Source: Octopus vulgaris (lineage: Eukaryota). Taken from it: a stretch of DNA of 64,000 nt. This document shows positions 22,721 to 35,954 of this stretch, in pieces; the first letter of the stretch is position 1; each line of letters opens with the position of its first letter. Made by a program: the position numbers and the translations under genes. The notes below the pieces were generated by a model. That model did no database searches and was not told where the DNA came from. It saw nothing but the letters and a program-made list of their open reading frames with translations. The stretch spans positions 75,826,001-75,890,000 of the forward strand of contig OX597814.1 of NCBI GenBank assembly GCA_951406725.2. The letters run 5' to 3'.

Positions 22721-22915
22721 TCATCATCATCATCATCATCATTGTTTAACGTCTGCTTTCTATGCTAGCATGGGTTGGACAATTTGAACCAGATGGCTGC
22801 ACCAGGCTCCAATCTGATCTGGCAGAGTTTCTACAGCTGGATGCCCTTCCCAACACCAACTACTTCGAGAGTGTAGTGGGTGCTTTTACGTGCCACTGGT
22901 ACAAGGGCCAGTCAA
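22721..22915 (-). mobile_element. RTE 3'-end fragment
   Basis: Reverse complement of the 2960-3150 tail, including (CAT)n. Confidence 0.85.
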
Positions 22916-24589
22916 GTAGTAGTCTAAATAAATGCAGATAGTCAGGCTGGAGAAGCTGTGCTCATAGTTTTGCTTGATCGAGATTGATCTGAGACTGAAC
23001 AACAACGGCACCATCACCACTGCTGACAACAGCAACAAATCTGATATAGTTTCACAAAAATCTTGAAACCAAGTGGTCTACCAGGAGTTAATTCTTTGAA
23101 TGACTTCTTCAGCAGTATGAAGTAGCAGACAATAACAACAACAGATACTGGAAATCTTATATATTCTGATAAAATAGCTAATCAAAAGTACATTATATCC
23201 GATGAACCATAAGACAATAGTAATAGCATTGTTTAAGCTTAGACTCATAATTCAGTTTATCATTGTAAGAGTTTATGTAAGTCTTCCTTGTTGAGTTGAT
23301 GTCTTATGAAAGATCATGTTAAGATATTCTTTTATAATCATATTTTTTTAATGATATTTAGTGAAACAGAGGCAGGTTTCCAAGATGAAAGAAACATTAT
23401 TGAACAGATTTGTTTTGTTATTATTCTACCCCAAAAATAGATAGAATGCCAGTCTACAGGACCAATGCTAGACACTCAGTGAGCTTAAAACGAAGGAGTG
23501 GGAGTCAAATTTGGAATAACTTAAACAAAATTTCTTAATTTGAGTGAAAACACTAAAACTTTGAAATAGAGAATAGGCAAGGGCACTCTAGAAACAGAGG
23601 ACAGCATTAGGTGGGGTGGGGTGGAGAGGATGTTATGACTTGTCACATGATTTGGTTTGAAACTGTTCAAAATTTGCCAGCTAATGAATTTACTTGATGA
23701 AACGTAATCATAAACTGATAGAATTCTTGTCTGGAAGTTAATTGTAATATTTTGACTGCAATTTTCACTGATGCAAAAAGTCTGAAGGTAAGAGGAAGTT
23801 GTAGGAAAAAAATTAGATTGGAGGATCATATTGTGTCCTATGCCCACAACCAGACCTTCACCACATCTTCATTGAATGTGAAAAGCTTTTACTATGTACG
23901 TGTAACAAGATTTATATTATTGTTTTTTTTTTGTCTTTTGTCAGTAAATGTTACTTACTATTTGTTTCTGTCTAGAGATCAAAGGAAATTACTATTCCCT
24001 TCAAATTTTGCTTTTGTAACCTGGGTATCAATGTTTTGAAACTGCTATTTTCCATTACATTTCAGATTCAATGTGGAGTTGCTGAAGCAGAAATATCATA
24101 AGAGCAAATATTCTACTCAATACTGCAGATTTATTTATTGGTTGCTTTACCTTGAGCATGTCTGTTAGTGGCTGACAATATGTGTATCTCTGATCATGAG
24201 CAGGAGTAGTGGGGGAACATTATAGCTATGTATTGAGAGGGGTTTTTGGGGGTTTCAATAAATGTAATAAAAGCAAAGTTTGAAGGAAATATTAGTCATT
24301 TTTCATACTTTATTGGGGTAAGCAAATAGGAAATGACAGTTGCTACTCAAGGACAAAAATTGTGTTACACAGTGTTATTAGAAAATATAACATCAGCTTA
24401 CTAACAGTGAATATTTTCATATGAACATGAAAAAGTTTGATTTTAGTTGGAAATTTACCAAGTAACTGACTTAAAACAACATATGGTGTCAGACAAGGGC
24501 ATGTTTGTCATTAACCAAGCTTCTGTAATATGCTTCTAGAAACATAATGCTTAAAGCCCTTGAGTCTTTTGAATAAAATATTAAAGTAG

Positions 24590-24875
24590 GAGGTAGAGAA
24601 GTCAGTATTTTTCATTTTTCCAGTGATATTGATTTAATAGGAGAAAATGAAGACCTTAATGATCTAACAACATATCTTGATACAACTACAAGAAGATATG
24701 GAGTTGAAAAAAATGTTGAAAAAAAAATAATGATAATTAGTATATTCAAGAAGAAAATAGTCAATCAAGATTAAAATAACAGGGAAGGCATTTCAAACAA
24801 GTTTAAATATTTGGAAAAGATAATAATGGAAGATACAAGATCAAAGAAACAGGTAAAATATTAGATTGCAACAGC
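24590..24875 (+). mobile_element. Highly degraded LINE RT remnant
   Basis: FSSDIDLIGE..RRYG..FKYL-like traces. Confidence 0.4.
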
Positions 24876-25180
24876 TACAGCAAAATGTTTGTAAAAATAA
24901 AATGATGACAACAACACCAGCAATAATAATTACTTTTTTTTAAGAGCAATAATAATTTCAACGGCACTTTATGGGTGTAAATCATGGATGTATAAAACCC
25001 TGAAAATGAGAAAAAGATCATTGCTTTGAAAGGAAATTTTATAAAAGGATTCTTTACATTCTCTCTTTTGAATATGGAACTCACTAGAATATTAGGAAAA
25101 ACATTGTTGAGAAGAAACCACATGATTGTGAAACAAAATTCTCAACCACACAGCCAATATATACATATACATACATATAA

Positions 25181-25455
25181 TCATCATCATCATCATCATC
25201 AATTAACATCCATCTTTCATGCTGGCATGGGTTGGACAGTTTGACAGGAGCTAACAAGCCAGATGACTGCACCAAGCTCCACTGTCTATTTTGGCATAGT
25301 TTCTATATCTGGATGCCTTTCCTAATGCCAACCACTTTACAGAACAGACTGAGTGCGTTTCACATGATACCAGGTCTGCTTTTGGCATGATTTTTATGGC
25401 TGGATGCTCTTCCTAATGCCAGCGACTTTACAGAGTGGACTGCATGGTACCTGGT
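25181..25455 (-). mobile_element. RTE-related 3'-end fragment with internal duplication
   Basis: (CAT)n + catgctggcatgggttggac + ctggatgc..cctaatgcca twice. Confidence 0.8.
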
Positions 25456-25844
25456 GGTGAGGAGTTAGAATATGAAACTGGTGTCTTGTTGTAGAAGAGA
25501 TATGTGATTACAACAGTAAGAGGGTGAGAGCTGGTGGCGATGTGCCAGGGCATACTCTCAGCGTATGGGGATGCGAATATAAGTGGGATGGTAGAAGGTT
25601 GCTCAGGGTGTGTGAATGAGGAGTTCACATAAATGCAAAGATGGGGTTGGAGAGGGAGGAATGCAGTGGCTATTCAAATCTGAGTATATAGGGGGAAACA
25701 ACAGGATAGCAATGATACAGTTGGCATGGCAGGGAGGATGAGATTGGGCTGCAGGAATGGGGAGGGAGAGATAAGCATGGTGCATGAGGAAGAGGTGTAC
25801 TTTAGTTTATTGGGGTAGGGTGTGTGAAAAATTTTATTATCACA

Positions 25845-26594
25845 TGTGGGTGGAACCTGTGGTAGAGGTAGACCCAGGAGACATGAGACAAGGTGGTGAA
25901 GCATGATCTTCAAACTTTGACCCTCACAGAGGCAATGTCTAGTGACTGAGACCTTTGGCGATGTGCTCTGCTTAAGAGGACCCATCAAGTCAAGTGCACC
26001 TGTGCTGGTGACACATAAAAAAATCAACCTTTGAACGTTGGGCCCCACGGAGGCAAAGTAGCTGAGTTCCTTTCAAGCATTGGGCCTCATGGTAGCATAG
26101 TGGCTGAGTTCCTTTCAAGGTTTGGGTCTGACAGAGGCAAAGTGGCTGAGTTCCTTTCAAGCATTGGGCCTCATGGAGATAAAGTGGCAGAGTACCTTTT
26201 GAATGTTGGCCACATGCAGATGAGATGGCTGACTTCCTTTCAAGTATTGGGCTTCATGGAGGCAAAGTGGCCAAGTTCCTTTTGCGTGTTGGGGCTCGTG
26301 GAAGCAATGACCAAGGCTTTGGCATTATGCCATGCTTGAGAAGAAGACCTATCAAGCTGAACAAAACCACAGTCATGGCAGATACCAGTGTCATACAAAC
26401 TGGCACCCATGCCAACCCCATGAAAAAGCACCCATTACACTATCAGAGTGGTTGGCGTTAGGAAGGGTATCCAGCCATACAAATGCATGTCAAATCAGAC
26501 TGGAGCCTGTTGCAGCCTTCTAGCATGCCAGCCCCATCAAACTGTCCAACCTATGCCAGTATGGACAATGGATGTTAAATGACGATGATGATGA

Positions 26595-26597
<3 letters not shown>
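25845..26597 (+). mobile_element. 5'-truncated RTE LINE (ORF2 end + 3' UTR)
   Basis: ggtagaggtagacccagg (GRGRPR) resembles 63230; ends in the shared tail and (GAT)n. Confidence 0.85.
26035..26310 (+). repeat. 42-bp tandem repeat (about 6.5 copies) in an RTE 3' UTR
   Basis: ttgggcctcatggaggcaaagtggctgagttcctttc units. Confidence 0.9.
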
Positions 26598-26972
<375 letters not shown>

Positions 26973-27004
26973 CCAAAGAGGGTATGGACGCCGTTATATA
27001 TATT

Positions 27005-27246
27005 ATATGTAGAAAAATACAAACTGGGACAAGAACGTAAAACATTTAGAAGACGATACAAAAAACGGACGGGACATTCGAAGTCTTCAATCTTCAGTCA
27101 AAAACCGGATCATCCTAGCAACAGCCGAAATTGCTAGGATGATCCGGTTCTTGACTGAAGATTGAAGGCTTTGAATGTCCTGTCCGTTTTTGTATCGTCT
27201 TCTAAATGTTTTACGTTCTTGTCCCAGTTTGTATTTTTCTACATAT
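27005..27246. repeat. Near-perfect palindrome (~115-bp arms, ~9-nt loop) inside (TA)n
   Basis: atgtagaaaaatacaaactgggacaagaacg..ggatcatcctagcaa / ttgctaggatgatcc..cgttcttgtcccagtttgtatttttctacat. Confidence 0.93.
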
Positions 27247-27247
27247 A

Positions 27248-27380
<133 letters not shown>

Positions 27381-27499
27381 GTATGTATATATATATATAT
27401 ATATTATTTAAGGGAATATATATATATATATATATATATATGTTTATATATGTATTGTGCCTTTCAAATAAATAACATATATATATTATTTTTTTTTTT

Positions 27500-27705
27500 T
27501 ATTCTTCTACTTGTTTCAATCATTTGACTGTGGCCATGCTGGACCACTGCCTTTAGTCAAAGAAATTGATGCCAGGACTTATTCTCTGTAAGCCTACTAC
27601 TTATTCTATCAAACTCTTTTGCTGAACCGCTAAGTTACAGGGGCATAAACATACTATCACTGGTTGTAAAGTGATGGCGGAGAGAGAAACACAGACACAC
27701 ATTCA
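27500..27705 (-). mobile_element. 3' half of a tRNA-derived SINE (its 5' half lies at 31105-31275)
   Basis: Reverse complement of 34195-34395. Confidence 0.85.
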
Positions 27706-27725
27706 TATATATATATATATATATA

Positions 27726-29209
27726 CTAGCAGTATCGCCTGGCGTTGCTCGGGTTTGTAAGGGAAATAACTATATAAGCATTTTTAGAGAGTTATAGCCA
27801 AAAAATAGGAAAAAAATGCATTAAAAATGGAAAGAAAATTAAGGTAAATTTCTTTTTAAATCGTTGACACATCGTAGATATTTTTAGAGAGTTACTTCCC
27901 TTATATAATAGCGAAAAAATGCATTAAAATGGAAAAATATGATGGTAAATTTTTTAAAATCGTAGACTCAACGTAGACGCGCGCTAATACCCAGAAGGGC
28001 TCGATATGACTCACGACTATAAGATACCTGGTTTTGGTTACACTGCACCGCAAAATGTGGGAGTAGTTAGGAATCTAAATCGTAGGAGACAGACACACAA
28101 CTTCACTCTTATATATAAAGATATAAGTCACGTAGTTATATACACATACTTTGTTATATACACATTCTTAAAAGAAAATGTTATTTTGAATACAACATTT
28201 ATAAAGAATAAAATATTTTTTGGTTTTTCTTAACCCTTTCGTTACTATATTTCTGACCAAAATACACCCCTTATGTGTTTCAATTAATTTCTAACGTAAT
28301 CATAAATTTAGTCTGGTTTCATTAAACAACTATAACTTTTTTATTTATGAATATATTAATCTGATTTTTGGAAGATAATTTAGTGAAATGTTCTCAACCA
28401 ATTCCATACTATAATTTTTGTCACAAAGTGACTCTAATTGCAGGTAGATACAGGTAAATTCAACAATATATAAAATTATTAAAATTTTGTTCAAACATCG
28501 CTATAGAAAATGGGTTATTAGCTAATATTCAATTGGGTATACAACAAAATTTTACGATAGAATTTGTTATTCTGGGTAACTTTCTGATACCCATAATAAT
28601 ATTTATGGCAAAATAGGCCTTAATTTCATTTAAGGTTGTGGGAAATAACAAACTATCCTTTCTTTCGTTTTGTTTACGTTTAGCGTAACGTTTCGTTTCC
28701 ACGGTAATGATTTCAAATGGGCTCATTCGAAAAAGTAAACAGAAATAGTTTAAGGCTTTACTCTTCTGGGAAAGTCTGTGGCTTGGTGCAGTTTCTTCAG
28801 AAAAATCACCGAAAGAAACAGTTTTTAAATTTTCACTCCATTCAGGTACCAATTCATTTTCTTAATCGCTGTCGGATTCACTGTTTTCACTTTAATAGCT
28901 GCCAACTTGCAAAGACAAAGGAGGAGAAGGGTGATAGCGTGAGTGAAACAGTTCGCTCCGTTTGTGTGTGTGTGCGTTTGCGTGTGGTGTAAGCCACACT
29001 AAGAAAAACATTTGACATATACACCACGATGTGAGTTTTCTCTAAATTTTGCTTAATTGGGGTTGAAATTTTAAAAAGTGGACCTGGCACGACCCGATGC
29101 ATTCTACTCTTAAAAATGCTAGGTAAATTGTAATTGAAGAAATCCTATATTGTAGATTTCTATAAGATACAAAGGGAGGCAGATAAAATCTGCCTTTTAT
29201 AATAAGAGA
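27726..29209 (-). mobile_element. Composite Helitron: family-B 5' end + piggyBac fragment + family-A element (27726-28121)
   Basis: TCTCTTATTATAAAAGG start at 29209; hairpin-CTAG end at 27726; (TA)n on both sides. Confidence 0.75.
28230..28880 (-). pseudogene. piggyBac transposase fragment with one TTAA-CCC terminus
   Basis: ORF 28529-28852 YFCLLF..ITVETKRYA..TTLNEIKAYFAINIIMGI resembles the piggyBac/PGBD N-terminal core; ttaaccctttcg at 28230. Confidence 0.8.
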
Positions 29210-29221
29210 TATATATATATA

Positions 29222-30593
29222 CTAGCAGTATCGCCCGGCGTTGCTCGGGTTTGTAAGGGAAATAACTATATAAGCATTTTTAGAGAGTTATAGCCAAAAA
29301 ATAGCAAAAAATGCATTAAAAATGGAAAAAATATGATGGTAATTTTTTTTTAAATCGTTGACTCATCGTAGACATTTTTAGAGAGTTACTTCACTTATAT
29401 AATAGCGAAAAAATGCATTAAAATGGAAAAAAAACGATGGTAAATTTTTTTTAAATCGTAGACTCATGTAGACGCTTTCTTAGCCATTTCTGTTTTTGGT
29501 GTCTTCAAGCCATGAAGTCGTTGTTCTAAAAGAACGCTGGTCTCCTTGACAACGCATTACGACGTTGATTTCCTTACACTCCCTTTACCACAGGTGCAGG
29601 TGTGAGCGTGGACGCCAACTCCACCGCCATCGACACACGAAAAATTATGCATTAAAATGGAATAAAAAATGATGTTAAATTATTTTTTAAATCGTAGACT
29701 CATCGTAGACGCGCGCTAATACTCAGACGGGCTCGATATGAATCACGACTATAAGCTAACCGAATTTGGTTAAACTGCACCGCAAAATGTGGGAGTAGTT
29801 AGGAATCTAAATCGAAGGGGACAGACACTCACACAACTACAGTTTTATATATATAGATATACATAGCGCAGTAGTGGTGAGATGTGACAGCAAAGAAAAG
29901 CATACATTCACTCTCTGCATGCAATTAGACTCGGAAAGTTCGTGAGGAACCCATTGACCCAATTTGCTGACTTTTCCGATAGCACACAGGTCTCAATGAA
30001 TGGTTGAATGACCAAATCCAAGCTTCTCTGCTAGTTCCTCAACAGTTACGATGAGATTTTGTTCCACCAGGGTTTTCAGGATGTCCTTGTCGAGTTCTAC
30101 AGATCTTTCAGGATGAGGCTCGTCTTCTAGGCTGTAGTTTATGGCTCGGAATTTCTGGAACCACCATTGACACTGCCTTACGCTTATTGTCCAATCCCCA
30201 TATACTGCATTAATATTTCTTGTACTTTCCGTTGCGTTGTTGTCTTTATTGAACTCATAAAGCAAAATATGCCAAATATGCTCCTTTGTTACTTCCAACA
30301 TAGCTTTGAAAAAAATAGCTGTTAAAATCGAAATGCACTCTTCAAAACTTGCACTATGAATAAGGACAAGATAAAATTACTACCTGCTTTTATAGCAAGT
30401 TAATATAAGTAGTTTATCCCATTCCCCTCTGACTTTTAGTTCAAGCTGTTGAAAAAACCGCATTATTATATATATATATATATACATACATACATACATA
30501 TACACACACACTCTCTCTCTCACACACATGCACACATTTATATTCTGTTATTCTTTTATATGTTTCAGCCTTGAGGTTGTGGCCATGCTGGAT

Positions 30594-30624
<31 letters not shown>

Positions 30625-31101
30625 CTATCTGTCTGTCTGTCTGTATATATGTATATGTATGTGTGTGAATAATAATATTTTCAACAGATGTGTTGCAAAT
30701 GTATCTGATTGTTCTCAAGCTTCAAATTTACTCTCTTCCAAGAACATTTTCACTCACTCTTATTTGTTAGCTTCCCATACATTTTACTCATGTATCTATC
30801 AGCGTTCATGGACAGTAACAAATATTACATCTAGTTTCATTTTATTCGTTACACAGTGTGTGTGTGCGTTTGCATGTGCTGTAAACCAGACTAAGAAAAG
30901 CATTTGACACACACACCAGAATGTGAGTTTTCTGTAAATTTTGCTTAATTGGAGTTTAAATTTTAAAAACTGGAGCTGGCATGACGCGATGCATTGTACT
31001 CTCAAAATTGCTAGGTAAATTGTAATTGAAGAAATCCTATATTGTAGATTTGTATAACTCCCAAAGGGAGGCAGATAAAATCTGCCTTTTATAATAAGAG
31101 A
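29222..31101 (-). mobile_element. Composite Helitron, second copy of 3257-5449 (family-A part 29222-29857)
   Basis: Near-identical collinear copy bounded by TC and hairpin-CTAG. Confidence 0.8.
29905..30465 (-). pseudogene. Mariner transposase N-terminal fragment (copy 2)
   Basis: ORF 29993-30301 differs from 4028-4336 by one residue. Confidence 0.88.
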
Positions 31102-31104
31102 TAT

Positions 31105-31275
31105 ACATACACAACAGGCTTCTTTTAGTTTCTGTCTACCAAATCCACTCACAAGGCTTTGGTCAGCTGGAAGCTATAATAGAAGACACTTGCCCAACAT
31201 AGCATGCATTGGGACTGAATCAGGAAACATGTGGTTGGGATACAAGCTTCTTACCACACAGTCACTCCAGCACCT
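31105..31275 (-). mobile_element. 5' half of the interrupted tRNA-derived SINE
   Basis: Reverse complement of 33969-34135. Confidence 0.85.
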
Positions 31276-31280
31276 ATATG

Positions 31281-31314
<34 letters not shown>

Positions 31315-31337
31315 TGTATGTATGTATGTATATACAC

Positions 31338-31545
31338 ACACAGATATGACAGAAGTAAATAGACACCCCATAAAACATTATTTCATGTTTATTTGAACAT
31401 GTAAAGGTTTATATTTTTTATTAATTGACATTTTTATTATATTTCAGTCTATATGTGACTGTTTAATCATGCCATGTACAAAAGGAGCCTGGGAACAATC
31501 TGAATTTCAAAGGGGCCATATTGTGGGTCAGTCTGAAGGTGGACA
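31338..31545 (+). mobile_element. Tc1-like 5' fragment
   Basis: MP..EQSEFQRGHIVG start typical of Tc1 transposases. Confidence 0.5.
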
Positions 31546-32293
31546 TAATGTAGTCCTTGATTTATTTGTTATTTTATGGGGGTCAGTATTATTATTGGAA
31601 GTTGGTCTAATTTTGGAAAAACAATTAATTTTACCTTTTCATAAGGGGGTTGTTTCTATTTGTGATGCCTGTCCTAGCATTGCTTAGCTTATTAGTTTTG
31701 CTAGGGGTGGGTCATTATTGGGTCAACATGACAGCAGTTTTTATAATTATACCAGTTTTCCAAATCTTCCTCTCACACTCTTTGCACTCAAAAGCTATAG
31801 TCACCTACCCTATCCTCAGACAGTGACTTGGTGAACAGCACATACCTATAAATAACAATACTCCACCTCCCACAGAGCACTAACCAACAAAAATTTATTT
31901 CAATCAGTTAACCAAATGGACCAAATGGACAGACCCTGATGAAGCTGCACCGACAATATTGCAAAGTTGCACTTGCAACAGTGAGTAGTTGCTGCAGCAG
32001 AAACATATGTAGGTCATTATAATATGATGTATATAACTATAAAATAAATTTTGTGGATGTACAAGTCTCCATACTCTTTTATTATTATTAACATTAATAA
32101 TATACACTTCAGATAATTTTTACTCTCCAGTGAAGAGAACATGGAATTACCTATTGGAAGAATTCACTGAGTGACTAACAACTAAATGCAGTCACAGACA
32201 TTAAATACTGATCACTGTGGTTAGTCGCGCTAATTGGAACTTAACTGAGAGCTAATACAATATCTGCCCAGGTAATATATCCCTCCAAACTCA

Positions 32294-32341
<48 letters not shown>

Positions 32342-33968
32342 CTGACTATAATCTAAGAGATATCATGAACCTGATTATCTGCTTCCTGATCACAAGCTCT
32401 CAGTAATTTTGGTTTTAACTCAAAACATTCACATTAAGGATAAATATGTATACACCGACACACACACACGCACACACGCACACACACACACACATACTAC
32501 ATACAAATACATATACTTATATTCATATATGTACATGTAAACATACATACACATGTGTGTGTATGTGTATGACACTGTGTTGTGAAAAGATGTAATTAAT
32601 TTCAATATAGAGTAGTAAGAGTCATCAAACAGGCATTAATTGTCTGCATAACATAGTTATTTTCTCCTTGACAATTTATATTTGGATTTCATTGAGCCTG
32701 TTCTTTTAGTTTTCAAATTATACCCTTCACTGATCTGAAGATACAACAACTTGCACAAGTAGCTGCATGACTCTGATTATACTTCAATATTGGACTTTCA
32801 GCTTTCTCAATCAATAGCTTGGTGATTTAAAACCTTTTGGATTAAATGTATGATTCTATATTCTCCAGTATGCATTTCATCAGTAACATTGTTTGAGATC
32901 AAGGTGACACACCTTCATTATCTTCACAAAGGTTTGTAAATTGATTTAATTATATCTCTCTCTCCCCACCCATATCTTGCTGTCTCTTTCTACCTCTCTC
33001 TTTCTCTGTCTTCATGAATATAGCCATCAGAAATAATTATTTTCTAATACTGCCACATGTATTTATTATAGCTTTGTGTGGTTTAAAACGTTTTCTTCCA
33101 TTTGGACCTGAAAGCTTCTCTTCTATGAAGAGATATATATTCAAGTTATTCATTCAAATACTTACACCTCCAGCAAAGCTCTATTAGATTTATCATGTTC
33201 CTTTTATTTATGAGATCATCATTTATATGAAAAAGCCTTCAGTTCATTATCCTGTGCTCTATTTCTGTCAGCTTTGCTTCTAACATATCTTCAATCTTTA
33301 TACATTAGTCACATTTATTCAGTTACAATGTTTTCAGATAACATTGATAGTTTTCATATCTTATGTTCTATACTCTCACTAACACTATATTCCTATTCAC
33401 TACTGATATGGTAACTTTCAATCCTAATGTTCCATTTCTTTGAAATTTTCTTCCTGTCTAAAAGCCAACTATAACATTGTTGACAGCACTTTACATTCCA
33501 ACAAGTGCATTGATTTAATTAATCAATTCATTTTATTCCCATTGTCTTTAATTATCTTAGAGATCTGCCTATCACTCAACATTCCAAAATAGCAGAAATA
33601 ATGAAAAGTATTAATAGTGAATTTGTATGGTTTAAGTTGTGGAATTGGCAAAAAATGAGAGAGAGAGAGAGAGAGAGGGTGATTACTAACTATATCAAGA
33701 ACAGTCAAACATACAATGAATTTAAGAAAACAACTTGTCAAGTGAAAATTATGTATAATAATAATGCTGCAATAACACTTTATGCCAATTAAAAAATTAA
33801 CAAAACAAAACTTCATGAAGAAACTTTTCAAGTTAGCAGTTTTTAAAGAAGAGTTCTATAGTTATCCTTCCATTTCTACTTCTGTTTCCATTCTTTCTTT
33901 CAGTATTTCTCAATATTTTTCAATATTTCTTCTAAATTTATTAATCTTTTAGTTGAAAATTTACATTA

Positions 33969-34130
33969 GGCGCAGGAGTCGCTGTGTGGTAAGTAGCTTG
34001 CTAACCAACCACATGGTTCCGGGTTCAGTCCCACTGCGTGGCACCTTGGGCAAGTGTCTTCTGTTATAGCCTCGGGCCGACCAAAGCCTTGTGAGTGGAT
34101 TTGGTAGACAGAAACTGAAAGAAGCCTGTC

Positions 34131-34190
<60 letters not shown>

Positions 34191-34410
34191 ATGTTTGTGT
34201 GTCTGTGTTTGTCCCCCTAGCATTGCTTGACAACCGATGCTGGTGTGTTTACGTCCCTGTCACTTAGCAGTTCGGCAAAAGAGACCAATAGAATAAGTAC
34301 TGGGCTTACAAAGAATAAGTCCTGGGGTCGATTTGCTCGACTAAAGGCGGTGCTCCAGCATGGCCGCAGTCAAATGACTGAAACAAGTAAAAGAGAGTAA
34401 AAAGAGAGTA
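33969..34410 (+). mobile_element. Full-length tRNA-derived SINE with internal (TA)n/(TG)n
   Basis: A-box-like gctgtgtgg, B-box ggttcagtccc, tail ggcggtgctccagcatggcc..gactgaaacaagtaaaagag; many partial copies in the window. Confidence 0.9.
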
Positions 34411-35323
34411 TTACAATTTTCAGAGATTCATACTATTTTAAAGATGTAAATCAAAAAAGGGAGAATGCTGACTCATAACCTATGGTAGCTGACCCTATAT
34501 AAACATGAATTGACTTTTAAATGAAAGAAAAGTTGTTCCAAATTAATGTCACTAAATGTAAACAAAAGAATTTGAGCTAACTTCCCAGTTTTCTTTTTAA
34601 ATTGTGACCGGCTTTAGAATTGCAGAGGCCAATTAAATGTGGTGCAACTATTTCATCTCTTGTCACTAATTAGATCAATATTCTGAACTTAACTTTATGT
34701 CAATTTAAAAATTTGTGATGCAACATACATCTCTTGTTTTCATCAACTTTATAGTGACATCTGAAGAAGCTTCCTCTTGCAGCACAGTTGTCACAATGCC
34801 ATCTCTAATGTAGATAATTACTTCAAATATCATCATTAATTAGTTGGATCTTGCATGTCTGTTCTGTTACTGACAGCAGAAGGGAAAATGGCTAATTACA
34901 GATGAGATATACTAATTCATATACCTTAAATTCAAATCTACTGTGTGTTGCCACGTGTTAGGCTTGTAAATTTAACTCTATATTTCCAACTTCATTTATT
35001 TTTTAAGAATAGCAAAAAGATGCAAAAAAATAGCAAAAACACTCTGGAGTGTTATCTCATATTTCTTAGATTTCTTCACACCATGAAAGCAGAGCCGAAC
35101 ACTGACACTTAAAAGGCCCTAAGATCTTAGGAGATATTTATGGGTTTTTTTTTTTAATATCACTAATACTAATCAATAGCAAGTCACTGGGTGCTGCTGG
35201 TTTTGCAGAGTCGCTGAATATATAACTGACATCTGTTAGTTTTCAGAGATTTGGGTTTTTACCAAGGGTGACATATCTTTATCCCCCACTTCATTAGAAC
35301 TGCATTCATCTGAAGCCTACCAC

Positions 35324-35587
35324 TTTACCCTTTTGTTCCTTGAAATAATTATCATGCAATAATTCCTAATGTGAGCTAAACTTGTTATTGTATTTCTTAT
35401 ACACTTGTATTTCTATACATATTGTATTTCTTATACATTGCCTTTGATTAAATTTTTTGAAAAATGAAGAATTTATTAAAATTTCTTTGCCATTATTAAC
35501 ATAAATAAACATGAAATTTCGATGGAACATTCTGTTTTGAAATTTGTATCCTAGAACCAGGGGGCAGGTTGGTATCAAAAGGGTTAT
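35324..35587. mobile_element. TTAA-type MITE, family 2
   Basis: tttacccttttg..caaaagggttat; related copy at 40055-40273. Confidence 0.65.
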
Positions 35588-35954
35588 TAAAACAATGAAT
35601 TATATAGTGCACCTGTTTTTACAGGTATGATCCATGGGCTTGGCTGTTACATTTAGGTAGCCTGAAACATTCATGACATTAGCTTTCAATTAAATACTTC
35701 CATCTGTTGAAATATTTCTTCATTAAACAGAATTCTTGTTACTTTTAATAGTGAGCTGTAAACATTAACTATTTACAGCTGGGTTAACAGAGCTTATATC
35801 TCCAGAAGGATTTGAAACAGCACTTCCATCTAATTAAATACTTAATTATGTTGACTTAAATATGGAAGAACCTGTGAAAGAGGAAGAGCTAGGAAGATGT
35901 CAGACAAAGTGGTGAAAACAATTATCTTCTGATGTTGAACCTCCTGAATGTAGG

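Noticed and set aside
33969-34045. tRNA-like sequence (also 40792)
   Set aside because: SINE heads continuing into SINE bodies; no complete cloverleaf.
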